From Eledone cirrhosa (taxonomy: Eukaryota), in the NCBI GenBank assembly GCA_964016885.1, contig OZ024741.1, positions 408,208,001 to 408,272,000 of the forward strand: a DNA stretch of 64,000 bases, in the 5' to 3' direction. The notes beneath the pieces are model-generated. The model saw only the letters and a program-made list of their open reading frames with translations, ran no database searches and was not told the origin of the DNA. Shown here piece by piece: positions 40,381-55,904 of the stretch; positions within the stretch are counted from its first letter, which is position 1, and each line of letters opens with the position of its first letter. The position numbers and the translations under genes are program-made.

Positions 40381-43300
40381 TACCAAGGTGTAATATTACT
40401 ACATCAATATACTGTGACGTGTCTCTGCTACAACACAAATGTCATATAAAGGTGTAATATTACTACATCAGTAGACTGTGACGTGTCTCTGCTACAACAA
40501 AAATGTCATACCTAAGTGTAATATTACTACATCAGTAGAATGTGACGTGTCTCTGCTAAAACACACATGTCATACAAAGGTGTAATATTACTACATTAGT
40601 AGACTGTGAGGTGTCTCTGCTACAACACAAATGTCATGCCAAGGTGTAATATTACTACATTAGTAGACTCTGACATATCCCTGCTACGACACAAATGTCA
40701 TACCAAGGCGTAATATTACTACATCAGTAGAATGTGACGTGTCTCTGCTACAACACAAATGTCATACCAAGGTGTAATATTGCTACATCAGTAGACTGTG
40801 AGGTGTCTCTGGTACAACACAAATGTCATACCAAGGTGTAATATTACTACATCAGTAGACTGTGAGGGGTCTCTGATACAACTCAAATGTCATACAAAGG
40901 TGTAATATTACTATATCAGTAGAATGTGACGTGTCTCTTCTACTACACAAATGTCATATAAAGGTGTAATATTACTACATCAGTAGAATGTGACGTGTCT
41001 AGCGCTACAACACAAATGTCATACCAAGGTGTAATATTACTACATAAGTAGAATGTGACGTGTCTCTGCTACAAAACAAATGTCATACCAAGGTGTAATA
41101 TTACTACATCAGTAGAATGTGACGTGTCTTTGCTACAACACAAATGCCATACCAAGGTGTAATATTACTACATCAGTAGACTGTGACGTGTCTTTGCTAC
41201 AACACAAATGCCATACCAAGGTGTAATATTACTACATCAGTAGACTGTGAAATATTTCTGCTACAACACAAATGTCATACCAAGGTGTAATACTGCAGCA
41301 TTAGTAGAATGTGACGTGTCTCTACTAGAACACAAATATCATACAAAGGTGTAATATTATTACGTCAGTAGACTGTGACATCTCTGTGCTACAACACAAA
41401 TGTGATATACAGGTTTAATATTACTACATCAGTAGAATGTGACGTGTCTCTGCTACAACACACATGTCATATAAAGGTGTAATATTACTACATCAGTAGA
41501 ATGTTACGTTTCTCAGCTACAACAAAAATGTCATAACAAGGTGTAATATTACTACATCAGTAGACTGTGACGTGTCTTTGCTACAACAAAAATGTCATAA
41601 CAAGGTGTAATATTACTACATCAGTATACTGTGACATATTTCTGCTACAACACAAACGTCATATCAAGGTGTAATACTACTACATCAGTAGAATGTGACG
41701 TGTCTCTACTATAACACAAATATCATACAAAGGTGTAATATTACTACATCAGTAGACTGTGACATATCTCTGATACAACACAAATGTCTTACAATGGTGT
41801 AATATTACAACATCAGTCGAATGTGACGTGTCTCTGCTACAACATACATGTCATACCAAGGTGTAATATTACTACATCAATAGAATGTGACGTGTCTCTG
41901 AAACAACACACATGTCAGATAAACGTGTAACATTACTACTTCAGTAGAATGTGACGTGTCTCTGCTACAACACAAATGTCATACCAAGGTGTAATATTAC
42001 TGCATCAGTAGAATGTGACGTGTCTCTTCTACAACACAAACGTCATATCAAGGTGTAATATTACTACATCAGTAGAATGTGAGATGTCTCTGCTACAACA
42101 AAAATGTCATAACAAGGTGTAATATTACTAAATCAGTAGACTGTGAAGTGTCTCTGCTACAACACAAATGTCATACAAAGGTGTAATATTACTACATCAC
42201 TAGAATGTGACGTGCCTCTGCTACTACACAAATGTCATATAAAGGTGTAATATTCCTACATCAGTAGACAGTGACGTGTCTCTGCTAAAACGCAAATGTC
42301 ATACCAAGGTGTAATATTACTACATCAGTAGAATGTGACGTATCTCTGATACAACACAAATGTCATACCATTAGTAGAATGTGACGTGTCTGTGCTACAA
42401 CACAAATATCATACCAAGGTGTAATATTACTACATCAGTAGAATGTGACGTGTCTCTACTACAACACAAATGTCATACAAAGGTGTAATATTATTACATA
42501 AGTAGACTGTGACATATCTCTGCTACGACACAAATGTCATATAAAGGTGTAATATTACTACATCAGTAGACTGTGACGTGTCTCTGCTACAACACAAATG
42601 TCATATAAAGGTGTAATATTACTACATCAGTAGACTGTGACATATTTTTGCTACAACACAAATGTCATATAAAGGTGTAATATTACTACATCAGTAGAAT
42701 GTGACGTTTCTCTGCTACAACAAAAATTTCATACCATGGTGTAATATTGCTACATCAGCAGACTGTGAGGTGTCTCTGCTACAACACAAGTGTCATATAA
42801 AGGTGTAATATTACTACATCAGTAGAATGTGACGTATCTCTGATACAACACAAATGTCATATCAAGCTGTAATATTACTACATCAGTAGAATGTGACGTA
42901 TCTCTGATACAACACAAATGTCATACCAAGGTGTCATAATACTACATAAGTAGCATGTGACGTGTCTCTGCTACAACACAAATGTCATACCAAGGTGTAA
43001 TATTTCTACATCAGTAGACTGTGACGTATCTCTGCTACAACGCATATGTCATACCAAGGTGAAATATTACTACATCAGTAGACTGTGACGTGTCTTTGCT
43101 ACAACACAAATGTCATACCAAGGTGTAATATTACTACATCAGTAGACTGTGAAATATTTCTGCTACAACACAAATGTCATACCAAGGTGTAATACTGCAG
43201 CATTAGTAGAATGTGACGTGCCTCTGCTATAGCACAAATGACATATAAAGGTGTAATATTACTACATCAGTAGAATGTGACTTCTCTCTGCTACAACACA

Positions 43301-46300
43301 AATGTCATAAAAATGTGTAATATTACTACATCAGTACAATGTGACGTGTCTCTTCTACAAGAAAAATGTCATACAAAAGGTGTAATATTATTACATCAGT
43401 AGAATGTGACGTGTCACGGCTATAGCACAAATGACACATAAATGTGTAATATTAATACATCAGTAGAATGTGACTTGTCTATGCTACTACACACAAGTCA
43501 TATAAAGGTGCAATATTACTACATCAGTAGAATGTGACGCGTCTCTGCTACAACAAAAAGGTCATACAAAGGTGAAATATTACTACATCAGTAGACTGTG
43601 ACGTATACCTGCTACAACACAAATGTCAGACCATCAGTAGAATTTGACGTTTCTCTGCTACAACAGAAATGTCATACCAAGGTGTAATATTATTACATCA
43701 GTGGAATGTGACGTGTCTCTTCTACAACACAAACATCATATCAAGGTGTCATATTACTACATCAGTAGAATGTCACATGTCTATGTTACAACAAAAATGT
43801 CACACCAAGGTGTAATATTACTACATCAGATACATGTGACGTATCTCTGATAAAACACAAATGTCATACAAAGGTGTATTATTACTACATCAGTAGAATG
43901 TGACGTGTCTCTGCTACAACAAAAATGTCATACAAAAGGTGTAATATTACTACATCAGTAGAATGTGACGTATCTCTGCTACAGCACACATGTCATATAA
44001 AGGTGTACTATTATTACATTAGTAGAATGTCACGTGTCTCTGCTACAACACAAATGTCATACCAAGGTGTAATATTACTACATCAGTAGAATGTGACGTG
44101 TCTCTGCTACAAAACCAATGTCATACCAAGGTGTAATATTACTACATCAGTAGAATGCGACGTGTCTCTGCTACAACACAAATGTCATACCAAGGTGTAA
44201 TATTACTACATCAGTAGACTGTGACGTATCTCTGATACAACACAAATGTCATACCAAGGTGTAATATTACTACATCAGCAAACTGTGACGTATCTCTGCT
44301 ACAACACAAATGTGATATAAAGGTTTAATATTACTACATCAGTTGAATGTGACATGCCTCTGCTACAACACAAACGTCATACGAAGGTGTAATATTACTA
44401 CATCAGTTAAATGTGAAGATATCTGCTACAACACAAATGTCATACCAAGGTGTAATATTACTAAATCAGTAGACTGTGAGGTGTCTCTGCTACAACACAA
44501 ATGTCATACCAAGGTGTAATATTACTACATCAGTAGAATGTGACGTATCTCTGATACAACACAAATGTCATACCATTAGTAGAATGTGACGTGTCTGTTC
44601 TACGACACAAATGTCAAACCAAGGTGTAATATTAATACATCATTAGATTGTGACGTGTCTCTACTACAACACAAATGTCATACAAAGGTTTAATATTATT
44701 ACATCAGTAGACTGTGACATATCTCTGCTACAACACAAATGTCATATAAAGGTGTAATATTACAACAACAGTAGACTCAGACATATCTCTGCTACAACAC
44801 AACTGTGATATAAAGGTTGAATATTACTACATCAGTAGAATGTGACGTGTCTCTGCTACAACACAAATGTCATACCAAGGTGTAATATTAATACGTCAGC
44901 AGACTGTGAGGTGTCCCTGCTACAACACAAATGTCATACCATGGTGTAATATTACTACATCAGCAGACTGTGAGGTGTTTCTGCTACAACACAAATGTCA
45001 TACAAAAGGTGTAATATTACTACATCGGTAGACTGTGACATGTCTCTGCTACAACACAAATGTCATACCAAGGTGTAATATTACTACATCAGTAGACTGT
45101 GACATGTCTCTGCTACAACACAAATGTCAAAGAAAGGTGTAGTATTACTACATCAGTAGAATGTGACGTGTCTGTGCTACTACACAAATGTCATATAAAG
45201 GGGTAATATTACTACATCAGTAGACTGTGACGTGTCTCTGCTACAACAGAAATGTCACACCAAGGTGTAATATTAGTACATCAGATACATGTGACGTATC
45301 TCTGATAAAACACAAATGTCATAGAAAGGTGTAATATTACTACATCAGTAGAATGTGATGTGTCTCTACTACAACACACATGTCATACAAAGGTGTAATA
45401 TTACTACACCAGTCGAATGTGACATGTCTCTGCTACAACACAAATGTCATACCAAGGTGTAATATTACTACATCAGTAGAATGTGACGTATCTCTGACAC
45501 AACACATATGTCATATCCAAGTTGTAATATTACTACATCAGTAGACTGTGACGTGTCTTTGCCTCAACACAAATGTCATACCAAGGTGTAATATTAAACA
45601 TCAGTACAATGTGACGAATCTCAGACACAACACAAATGTCATACCAAGGTGTAATATTACTATATCAGTAGACTGTCACGTGTCTCAGCTACAACACAAA
45701 TGTCATACTAGCGTGTAATATTACTACATCAGTAGAATGTGATATGTCTCTGCTTCCACACACATGTCATATAAAGGTGTAATATTACTACATCAGTAGA
45801 CTGTCAGGTGTCTCTGCTACAACAGAAATCTCATACAAAGGTGTAATATTACTACATCAGTATATTGTGACGTATCTCTGATACAACACAAATGTCATAC
45901 CATCAGTAGAATGTGACGCGTCTCTGCTACAACACAACTGTCATAGAAAGGTGTAATATTACTACATCAGTAGTATGTGACGTGTCTCTGCTAAAAAACA
46001 AACGTCATACCAAGGTGTAATATTACTACATCACTAGAATGTGACGTGTCTCTGCTACAACATACATGTCATATAAAGGTGTAATATTACTACATCTGTA
46101 GAATGTGACGTGTCTCTGAAACAACACAAATGTACTAAATAGGTGTAATATTAGTACATCAGTAGAATGTGACGTGTCTCTGCTACAACAAAAATGTCAT
46201 ACAAAAGGTGTAATATTACTACATCAGTAGAATGTGACGTATCTCTGCTACAGCACACATGTCATATAAAGGTGTACTACTACTACATTAGTAGAATCTC

Positions 46301-49300
46301 ACGTGTCTCTGCTACAACAAAAAATGTCATACCAAGGTGTAATATTACTATAACAGTAGACTGTGACGTGTCTCTACTACAACACAAATGTCATACCAAG
46401 GTGTAATATTACTACATCAGTAGAATGTGACGTGTCTCTGCTACAAAACAAATGTCATACCAAGGTGTAATATTACTACATCAGTAGACTGTGACGTATC
46501 TCTGATACAACACAAATGACATACCAAGGTGTAATATTACTACATCAGCAGACTGTGACGTATCTCTGCTACAACACAAATGTGATATAAAGGTTTAATA
46601 TTACTACATCAGTTGAATGTGACATGTCTCTGCTACAACACAAACGTCATACGAAGGTGTAATATTACTACATAAGTTAAATGCGAAGATATCTGCTACA
46701 ACATAAATGTCATACCAAGAGGTAATATTACTAGATCAGTTGACTGTGAGTTATCTCTGCTACAACGCAAATGTCATACAATGGTATAATATTTCTACAT
46801 CGGTAGACTGTGACTTGTCTCTGCTACAACGCAAATGTCATACAAATGTGTAATATTACTACATCAGTAGACTGTGACGTGTCTTTGCTACAACACAAAT
46901 GCCATACCAAGGTGTAATATTACTACATCAGTAGACTGTGACGTGTCTTTGCTACAACACAAATGCCATACCAAGGTGTAATATTACTACATCAGTAGAC
47001 TGTGACATATTTCTGCTACAACACAAATGTCATACAAAGGTGTAATACTACAACATTAGTAGAATGTGACGTGTCTATACTAGAACACAAATATCACACA
47101 AAGGTGTAATTTTATTACATCAGTAGACTGTGACATCTCTCTGCTACAACACAAATGTGATATAAAGGTTTAATATTACTACATCAGTAGAATGTGACGT
47201 GTCTCTGCTACAACACACATGTCATATAAAGGTGTAATATTACTACATCAGTAGAATGTGACATTTCTCTGCTACAACAAAATGTCATACCAAGGTGTAA
47301 TATCACTACATCAGTAGACTGTGACATATTTCTGCTACAACACAAACGTCATATCAAGGTGTAATATTACTACATCAGAAGAATGTGACGTGTCTCTACT
47401 ATAACACAAATATCATACAAAGGTGTAATATTACTACATCAGTAGACTGTGACATATCTCTGATACAACACAAATGTCTTACGATGGTGTAATATTACGA
47501 CATCAGTCGAATGTGACGTGTCTCTGCTACAACATACATGTCATATAAAGGTGTAATATTACTACATCAGTAGAATGTGACGTATCTCTGACACAACACA
47601 TATGTCATACCAAGGTGTAATATTACTACATCAATAGAATGTGACGTGTCTCTGAAACAACACACCTGTCATATAAACGTGTAATATCACGACTTCAGTA
47701 GAATGTGACGTGTCTCTGCTACAATAAAAATGTCATACAAAGGTGTAATATTACTACATCAGTAGACTGTGACGTATCCCTGATACAACACAAATGTCAT
47801 ACCATCAAAAGAATGTGACGTGTCTCTGCTACAACACAAATGTCATTACAAGGTGTAATATTACTACATCAGTAGACTGTGAGGTGTCTCTGCTACAACA
47901 CAAATGTCATACCAAGGTGTAATATTTATACATCAGCAGACTGTGAGGTGTCTCTGCTACAACACAAGTGTCATATAAAGGTGTAATATTACTACATCAC
48001 TAGAATGTGACGTATCTCTGATACAACACAAATGTCATATCAAGCTGTAATATTACTACATCTGTAGAATGTGACGTGTCTCTGCTACAACAGAAATGGC
48101 ATACCAAGGTGTAATATTACTACATAAGTAGAATGTAACGTGTCTCTGCTACAACACAAATGTCATATAAAGGTGTAATATTACTACATCAGTAGACTGT
48201 AACGTATCTCTGCTACAACGCATATGTCATACCAAGGTGAAATATTACTACATCAGTAGACTGTGACGTGTCTCTGCTACAACACAAATGTCATACCAAG
48301 GTGTAATATTACTACATCAGTAGAATGTGACGTGTCTCTGCTACAACACAAATGTCCTAAAAAGGTGTAATATTACTACATTAGTAGAATGTGGCGTGTC
48401 TCTTCTACAACAAAATGTCATACCAAGGTGTAATATTATTACATCAGTAGAATGTGACGTGTCTCTGCCCACAAAACAAATGTCATACAAATGTGTAATA
48501 TTACTACATCAGTAGACTGTGACGTGTCTCTGATACAACCCAAATGTCATACCATCAGTAGAATGTGACGTGTCTCTGCTAGAACACAAATGTCATACCA
48601 AGGTGTAATATTACTACATCAGTGAACTGTGACGTATCTCTGATACAACACAAATGTCATACCACCAGTAGAATGTGACGTGTCTCTGCTACAACACAAA
48701 TGTCATACCAAGGTGTAATATTACTACATCAGTAGACTGTGACGTGTCTCTGCTGCAACACAAATGTCATACCAAGGTGTAATATTACTACATCAGTAGA
48801 ATGTGACATGTCTCTGCTACAACACTAATGTCATACCAAGGTGTAATATTTCTACATCAGTTAAATGTGTCGTATCTCTGCTACAACACAAATGTCATAC
48901 CAAGGTGTAATATTACTACATCAGTAGACTGTGATATATCTCTGCTACAACACAAATGTCATACCAAGGTGTAATATTACTACATCAGTAGAATGTGACG
49001 AGTCTCTGCTACGACACAAATGTCATACCAAGGTGTAATATTATACATCAGTAAAATGTAACGTGTCTCTGCTACCACACAAATGTCACATCAAGGTGTA
49101 GTATTACTAGATCAGTTAAAGTTGACGTGTCTCTGCTACAACACAAATGTCATACCAATGTGTAATATTACTACATCAGTACAATGTGGCCTGTCTCTGC
49201 TATAAGAAAAATGTCATACAAAAGGTGTAATATTACTACATCAGTAGATTGTGATGTGTCTCTGCTATAGCACAAATGACATATAAAGGTGTAATATTAC

Positions 49301-52300
49301 TACATCAATAGAATGTGACGTGTCTCTGCTACAACTCACATGTCATATAAAGATGTAATATTACTACATCAGTAGAATGGGACGCGTCTCTGCTACAAAA
49401 CAAATGTCTTACCATGGTGTAATATTACTACATCACTAGACTGTGACATATTTCTGCTACAACACAAATGTCATACCAAGGTGTAATATTACTACATCAG
49501 TAGAATGTGCCGTGTATTTGCTACTACACAAATATCATACAAATGTGTAATATTACTACATCAATAGATTGTGACGTGTCTCTGCTACAACACACATGCC
49601 ATATAAGGGTGTAATATGATTACATCAGTAGACTGTGACGTGTCTCTGCTGCAACACAAACGTCATACAAAAGGTGAAATATTACTACATCAGCAGACTG
49701 TGACATGTCTCTGCTACAACGAAAAATGTCATACAAATGTGTAATATTACTAAATCAGTAGACTGTGACGTGTCTCTACTACGACACAAATGTCTTACAA
49801 AGGTGTAATATTACTACACCAGTAGACTTTGACGTGTCTCTGCTACAACACAGATGCCATACCAAGGTGTAATATTACTACATCAGTTAAATGTGACGTA
49901 TCTCTGACACAAAATAAATCTGATATAAAGGTGTAATATTACTACAACAGTAGAATGTGACGTGTCTCTGCTACAACACATGCCATATAAAGGTGAAATA
50001 TTACTACATCAGTAGATTGTGACGTGTCTTTACTACAACACAAATGTCATACGAAGGTGTAATATTCCTACATCAGTAGAATGTGACGTGTCTCTGCTAC
50101 AACACAAATGTCATATAAAGGTGTAATATTACTACATCAGTAGACTGTAACGTATCTCTGCTACAACGCATATGTCATACCAAGGTGAAATATTACTACA
50201 TCAGTAGACTGTGACGTGTCTCTGCTACAACACAAATGTCATACCAAGGTGTAATATTACTACATCAGTAGAATGTGACGTGTCTCTGCTACAACACAAA
50301 TGTCCTAAAAAGGTGTAATATTACTACATTAGTAGAATGTGGCGTGTCTCTTCTACAACAAAATGTCATACCAAGGTGTAATATTATTACATGAGTAGAA
50401 TGTGACGTGTCTCTGCCCACAAAACAAATGTCATACAAATGTGTAATATTACTACATCAGTAGACTGTGACGTGTCTCTGATACAACCCAAATGTCATAC
50501 CATCAGTAGAATGTGACGTGTCTCTGCTAGGACACAAATGTCATACCAAGGTGTAATATTACTACATCAGTGAACTGTGACGTATCTCTGATACAACACA
50601 AATGTCATACCACCAGTAGAATGTGACGTGTCTCTTCTACAACACAAATGTCATACCAAGGTGTAATATTACTACATCAGTAGACTGTGACGTGTCTCTG
50701 CTACAACACAAATGTCATACTAAGGTGTAATATTACTACATCAGTAGAATGTGACATGTCTCTGCTACAACACTAATGTCATACCAAGGTGTAATATTTC
50801 TACATCAGTTAAATGTGTCGTATCTCTGCTACAACACAAATGTCATACCAAGGTGTAATATTACTACATCAGTAGACTGTGATATATCTCTGCTACAACA
50901 CAAATGTCATACCAAGGTGTAATATTACTACATCAGTAGAATGTGACGAGTCTCTGCTACGACACAAATGTCATACCAAGGTGTAATATTATACATCAGT
51001 AGAATGTAACGTGTCTCTGCTACAACACAAATGTCACATCAAGGTGTAGTATTACTAGATCAGTTAAAGTTGACGTGTCTCTGCTACAACACAAATGTCA
51101 TACCAATGTGTAATATTACTACATCAGTACAATGTGGCCTGTCTCTGCTACAAGAAAAATGTCATACAAAAGGTGTAATATTACTACATCAGTAGATTGT
51201 GATGTGTCTCTGCTATAGCACCAATGACATATAAAGGTGTAATATTACTACATCAATAGAATGTGACGTGTCTCTGCTACAACTCACATGTCATATAAAG
51301 ATGTAATATTACTACATCAGTAGAATGGGACGCGTCTCTGCTACAAAACAAATGTCTTACCATGGTGTAATATTACTACATCACTAGACTGTGACATATT
51401 TCTGCTACAACACAAATGTCATACCAAGGTGTAATATTACTACATCAGTAGAATGTGCCGTGTATTTGCTACTACACAAATATCATACAAATGTGTAATA
51501 TTACTACATCAATAGATTGTGACGTGTCTCTGCTACAACACACATGCCATATAAGGGTGTAATATGATTACATCAGTAGACTCTGACGTGTCTCTGCTAC
51601 AACACAAACGTCATACAAAAGGTGAAATATTACTACATCAGCAGACTGTGACATGTCTCTGCTACAACGAAAAATGTCATACAAATGTGTAATATTACTA
51701 AATCAGTAGACTGTGACGTGTCTCTACTACGACACAAATGTCTTACAAAGGTGTAATATTATTACACCAGTAGACTTTGACGTGTCTCTGCTACAACACA
51801 GATGCCATACGAAGGTGTAATATTACTACATCAGTTAAATGTGACGTATCTCTGACACAAAATAAATCTGATATAAAGGTGTAATATTACTACAACAGTA
51901 GAATGTGACGTGTCTCTGCTACAACACACATGCCATATAAATGTGAAATATTACTACATCAGTAGATTGTGACGTGTCTTTACTACAACACAAATGTCAT
52001 ACGAAGGTGTAATATTCCTACATCAGTAGAATGTGACGTGTCTCTGCTACAACACAAACGTCATACCAAGGTGTAATATTACTACATCAGTAGAATGTGA
52101 CGTGTCTCTGCTACAACACACATGTCATATAAAGGTGAAATATTACTACATCAGTAGAATGTGACGTGTCTTTGCTACAACACAAATGTCATACCAAGGT
52201 GTAATATTACTACATCAGTTAAATGAGACGTATGTCTGCTACAACACAAATGTCATACCAAGGTTTAATATTACTACAACAGTAGACTGTGACGTGTCTC

Positions 52301-54958
52301 TGCTACAACACCAATGTCATACGAAGGTGTAATATCACTACATCATTAGAATGTGTCGTGTCTCTGCTACAACACACATGTCCTATAAGGGTGTACTATG
52401 ACTACATCAGTAGACTGTGGCGTGTCTCTGCTACAAAGCAAATGTCATACCATCAGTAGAATGTGACGTGTCTCTGCTACAACACAAACGTCATACAAAA
52501 GATGAAATATTACTACATCAGTAGACTGTGACATGTCTCTGCTACAACGAAAAATGTCATACAAATGTGTAATATTACTAAATCAGTAGACTGTGACGTG
52601 TCTCTACTACGACACAAATGTCTTACCAAGGTGTAATATTACTACATCAGTAGACTGTGACGTGTCTCTGATACAACACAAATGCCATACCAAGGTGTAA
52701 TATTACTACATCAGTTAAATGTGACGTATATATGACACAACACAAATGTCATACCAAGGTGTATTATTACTACATCAGTAGAATGTGACAAGTCTCTGCT
52801 ACAACACAAATGTCATACAAATGTGTAATATTACAACATCGGTAGAATGTGACATGTCTCTGCTACAAAACAAATGTCAGACCAAGGTGTAATATTACTA
52901 GATCAGTAGACTGTGACGTGTCTCTGCTACAACACAAATATCATACCAAGGTGTAGTATTAATACATCAGTTAAATGCTACGTATCTCTGACACAACACA
53001 AATGTCATACCAATGTGTAATTTTACTACATCCTTAGAATGTGACCTTTCTCTGCTACAACACACATGTCATATAAAGATATAATATTTCTACATCAGTA
53101 GACTGTGACGTGTCTCTGCAACAACAGAAATGTCATACCAAGGTGTAATATTACTACATCAGTAGAATGTGACATGTCTCTGTTACAACACAAATCTCAT
53201 ACCTAGGTGTAATATTAATACATCAGTAGACTGTGACATATCTCTGCTACAGCACAAATGTCATACCAAGGTGTAATATTACTACATCAGTAGAATGTGA
53301 CGTGTCTCTGCTACAACACAAATGTCCTAAAAAGGTGTAATATTACTACATTAGTAGAATGTGGCGTGTCTCTTCTACAACAAAATGTCATACCAAGGTG
53401 TAATATTATTACATCAGTAGAATGTGACGTGTCTCTGCCCACAAAACAAACGTCATACAAATGTGTAATATTACTACATCAGTAGACTGTGACGTGTCTC
53501 TGCTACGACACAAATGTCTTACCAAGGTGTAATATTACTACATTAGTAGACTGTGACGTATCTCTGATACAACCCAAATGTCATACCATCAGTAGAATGT
53601 GACGTGTCTCTGCTAGAACACAAATGTCATACCAAGGTGTAATATTACTACATCAGTGAACTGTGACGTATCTCTGATACAACACAAATGTCATACCACC
53701 AGTAGAATGTGACGTGTCTCTGCTACAACACAAATGTCATACCAAGGTGTAATATTACTACATCAGTAGACTGTGACGTGTCTCTGCTACAACACAAATG
53801 TCATACCAAGGTGTAATATTACTACATCAGTAGAATGTGACATGTCTCTGCTACAACACTAATGTCATACCAAGGTGTAATATTTCTACATCAGTTAAAT
53901 GTGTCGTATCTCTGCTACAACACAAATGTCATACCAAGGTGTAATATTACTACATCAGTAGAATGTGACATGTCTCTGCTACAACACTAATGTCATACCA
54001 AGGTGTAATATTTCTACATCAGTTAAATGTGACGTGTCTCTGCTACAACACAAATGTCATACCAAGGTGTAATATTACTACATCAGTTAAATGTGACGTA
54101 TCTCTGACACAACACAAATGTGATATATATGTGTAATATTACTACATCAGTAGAATGTGACGTGTCTCTGCTACAACACACATGTCATATAAAGGTGTAA
54201 TATTACTACATCAGTAGATTGTGACGTGTCTCTGCTACAACACAATGTCATACCAATTTGTAATATTCCTACATCACTAGAATGATACGTGTCTCTGCTA
54301 CAATACAAACGTCATACCAAGGTGTAATATTACTACATCAGTAGAACGTGACGGGTCTCTGCTACAACACAAATGTCATAGAAAGGTGTAATATTACTAC
54401 ATTAGTAGAATGTGACGTGTCTCTGCTACAGCACACATGTCATATAAAGGTGTAATATTACTACATCAGTAGAATGTGTCCTGTCTCTGCTTCAACACAA
54501 ATGTCATACCAAGGTGTAATATTACAAAATCGGTAGACTGTGACGTGTCTCTGCTACAACACATGTTATACCAAGGTGTAATATTACTACATCAGTAGAA
54601 TGTGACATATCTCTGCTACAACACAAATATCATATCAAGGTGTTATATTACTACATCAGTAGAATGTGACATGTCTCTGCTACAAGACATATGTCATACC
54701 AAGGTGTAATATTACTACATAAGTAGACTGTGACGTGTCTCTGCTCCAACACAAATGTCATACGAAGGTGTAATATTACTACATCAGTAGACTGTGACGT
54801 ATCTCTCATACAACACAAATGTCATACGAAGGTGTAATATTACTACATCAGTAGACTGTGACATATTTCTGCTACGACACAAATGTCATATAAAGGTGTA
54901 ATATTACTACATCAGTAGAATGTGACGTGTCACTGCTACGACACATACAAATGTCATA
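40381..54958. repeat. 64-bp tandem satellite, consensus CCAAGGTGTAATATTACTACATCAGTAGA(A/C)TGTGACGTGTCTCTGCTACAACACAAATGTCATA, roughly 230 monomers
   Basis: GGTG at 40387 and 40451 gives a 64-nt period maintained throughout; monomers more diverged than in the 40-bp array. Confidence 0.98.
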
Positions 54959-55550
54959 AGCCGTATCAAAAACATTGTCATTTGATTCATATATAAATGT
55001 ATTGTTGATATAACTATAATGTAGTTAAATATAGAGAACAAGAGAACAGTATTCGAAAGGACTATAAAGGCTATATATATGAGGACAAGGAGGGAAGGTG
55101 CAGTGTCTATTAGGCAAAGAAAGAAAGGGGGAAGAAGAGAGGCTGATAGATTCTACACCTAAGTCAGAGTGGTGTTTCGGTTGGACCACACGGAAAAAAT
55201 GGCAATAGTATTTCCGCGGGCCTAATCAAATTGGTCTTTCCAGACATGCCCATCCCGTTTTATCTCTCGTTCATGTAATATCAAATTATCTCGTTATTTA
55301 AAATGTCACTCCCTGTGTGGGGGACTTCTTTAGATTAATATCATCTAACAGACTGAAACCCCTACAGATTCCACACCTTCATTTAATCGTATATGTAATA
55401 TGTCGATAAGAATGTAAAGAGGTAGCTTTTTCTTTTTCAAGCTATTCGCAAAATCTAAAATAAGTGTACCTGAATCCACATTGTCCAAACAGAATTCAAG
55501 TTTCTCTTCGCCACATTTATTTTTCTGCGCTGTACTCGCATAAATTCATA

Positions 55551-55904
55551 TACGAGTGTCGACTGAAAAGTTCACAGGCTGAAAATTACATAAACTGACC
55601 AAGATACTCTCATGGAATGACCAAATAAGGTTTATTTTTCAACATAGTCCCTGGAAAGAAACAATGCATTCATTAATAAAAAAGAGTTGAAATTAATACA
55701 TGCAAGATTTCACAACACTAACACCATTTCTTCATAGCCTGACCAAGATACTCTCATGGAATGACCAAATGAGGTTTATTTTTCAATATAGTCCTTGGAA
55801 AGAAACGATTAATAAGAAGAGCTGAAGTTAATGCAGGCAAGATTTCACAGATCTAGGATCAATCCTTCATAGTCAGCCTCTGAACATTTCAGCCATGCCT
55901 CGTA
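55551..55904 (-). mobile_element. Second copy of the mariner-type MITE, inverted, with 2 internal units
   Basis: Ends TACGAGTGTCGACTGAAAAGTTCACAGGCTGA and GTCAGCCTCTGAACATTTCAGCCATGCCTCGTA; CTGACCAAGATACTCTCATGGAATGACC at ~55596 and ~55739 is the reverse complement of the unit in 39621-40305. Confidence 0.8.

Noticed and set aside
43644-53485. Short ORFs inside the 64-bp satellite
   Set aside because: Translations of satellite monomers opened by chance indels
40381-54958. CRISPR-like array (regular ~64-bp period with a palindrome)
   Set aside because: The whole unit repeats with no unique spacers, there are no cas genes, and the context is eukaryotic
55200-55510. Possible CR1-like RT remnant on the minus strand (LILDFANS)
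   Set aside because: A single weak motif with no supporting neighbours
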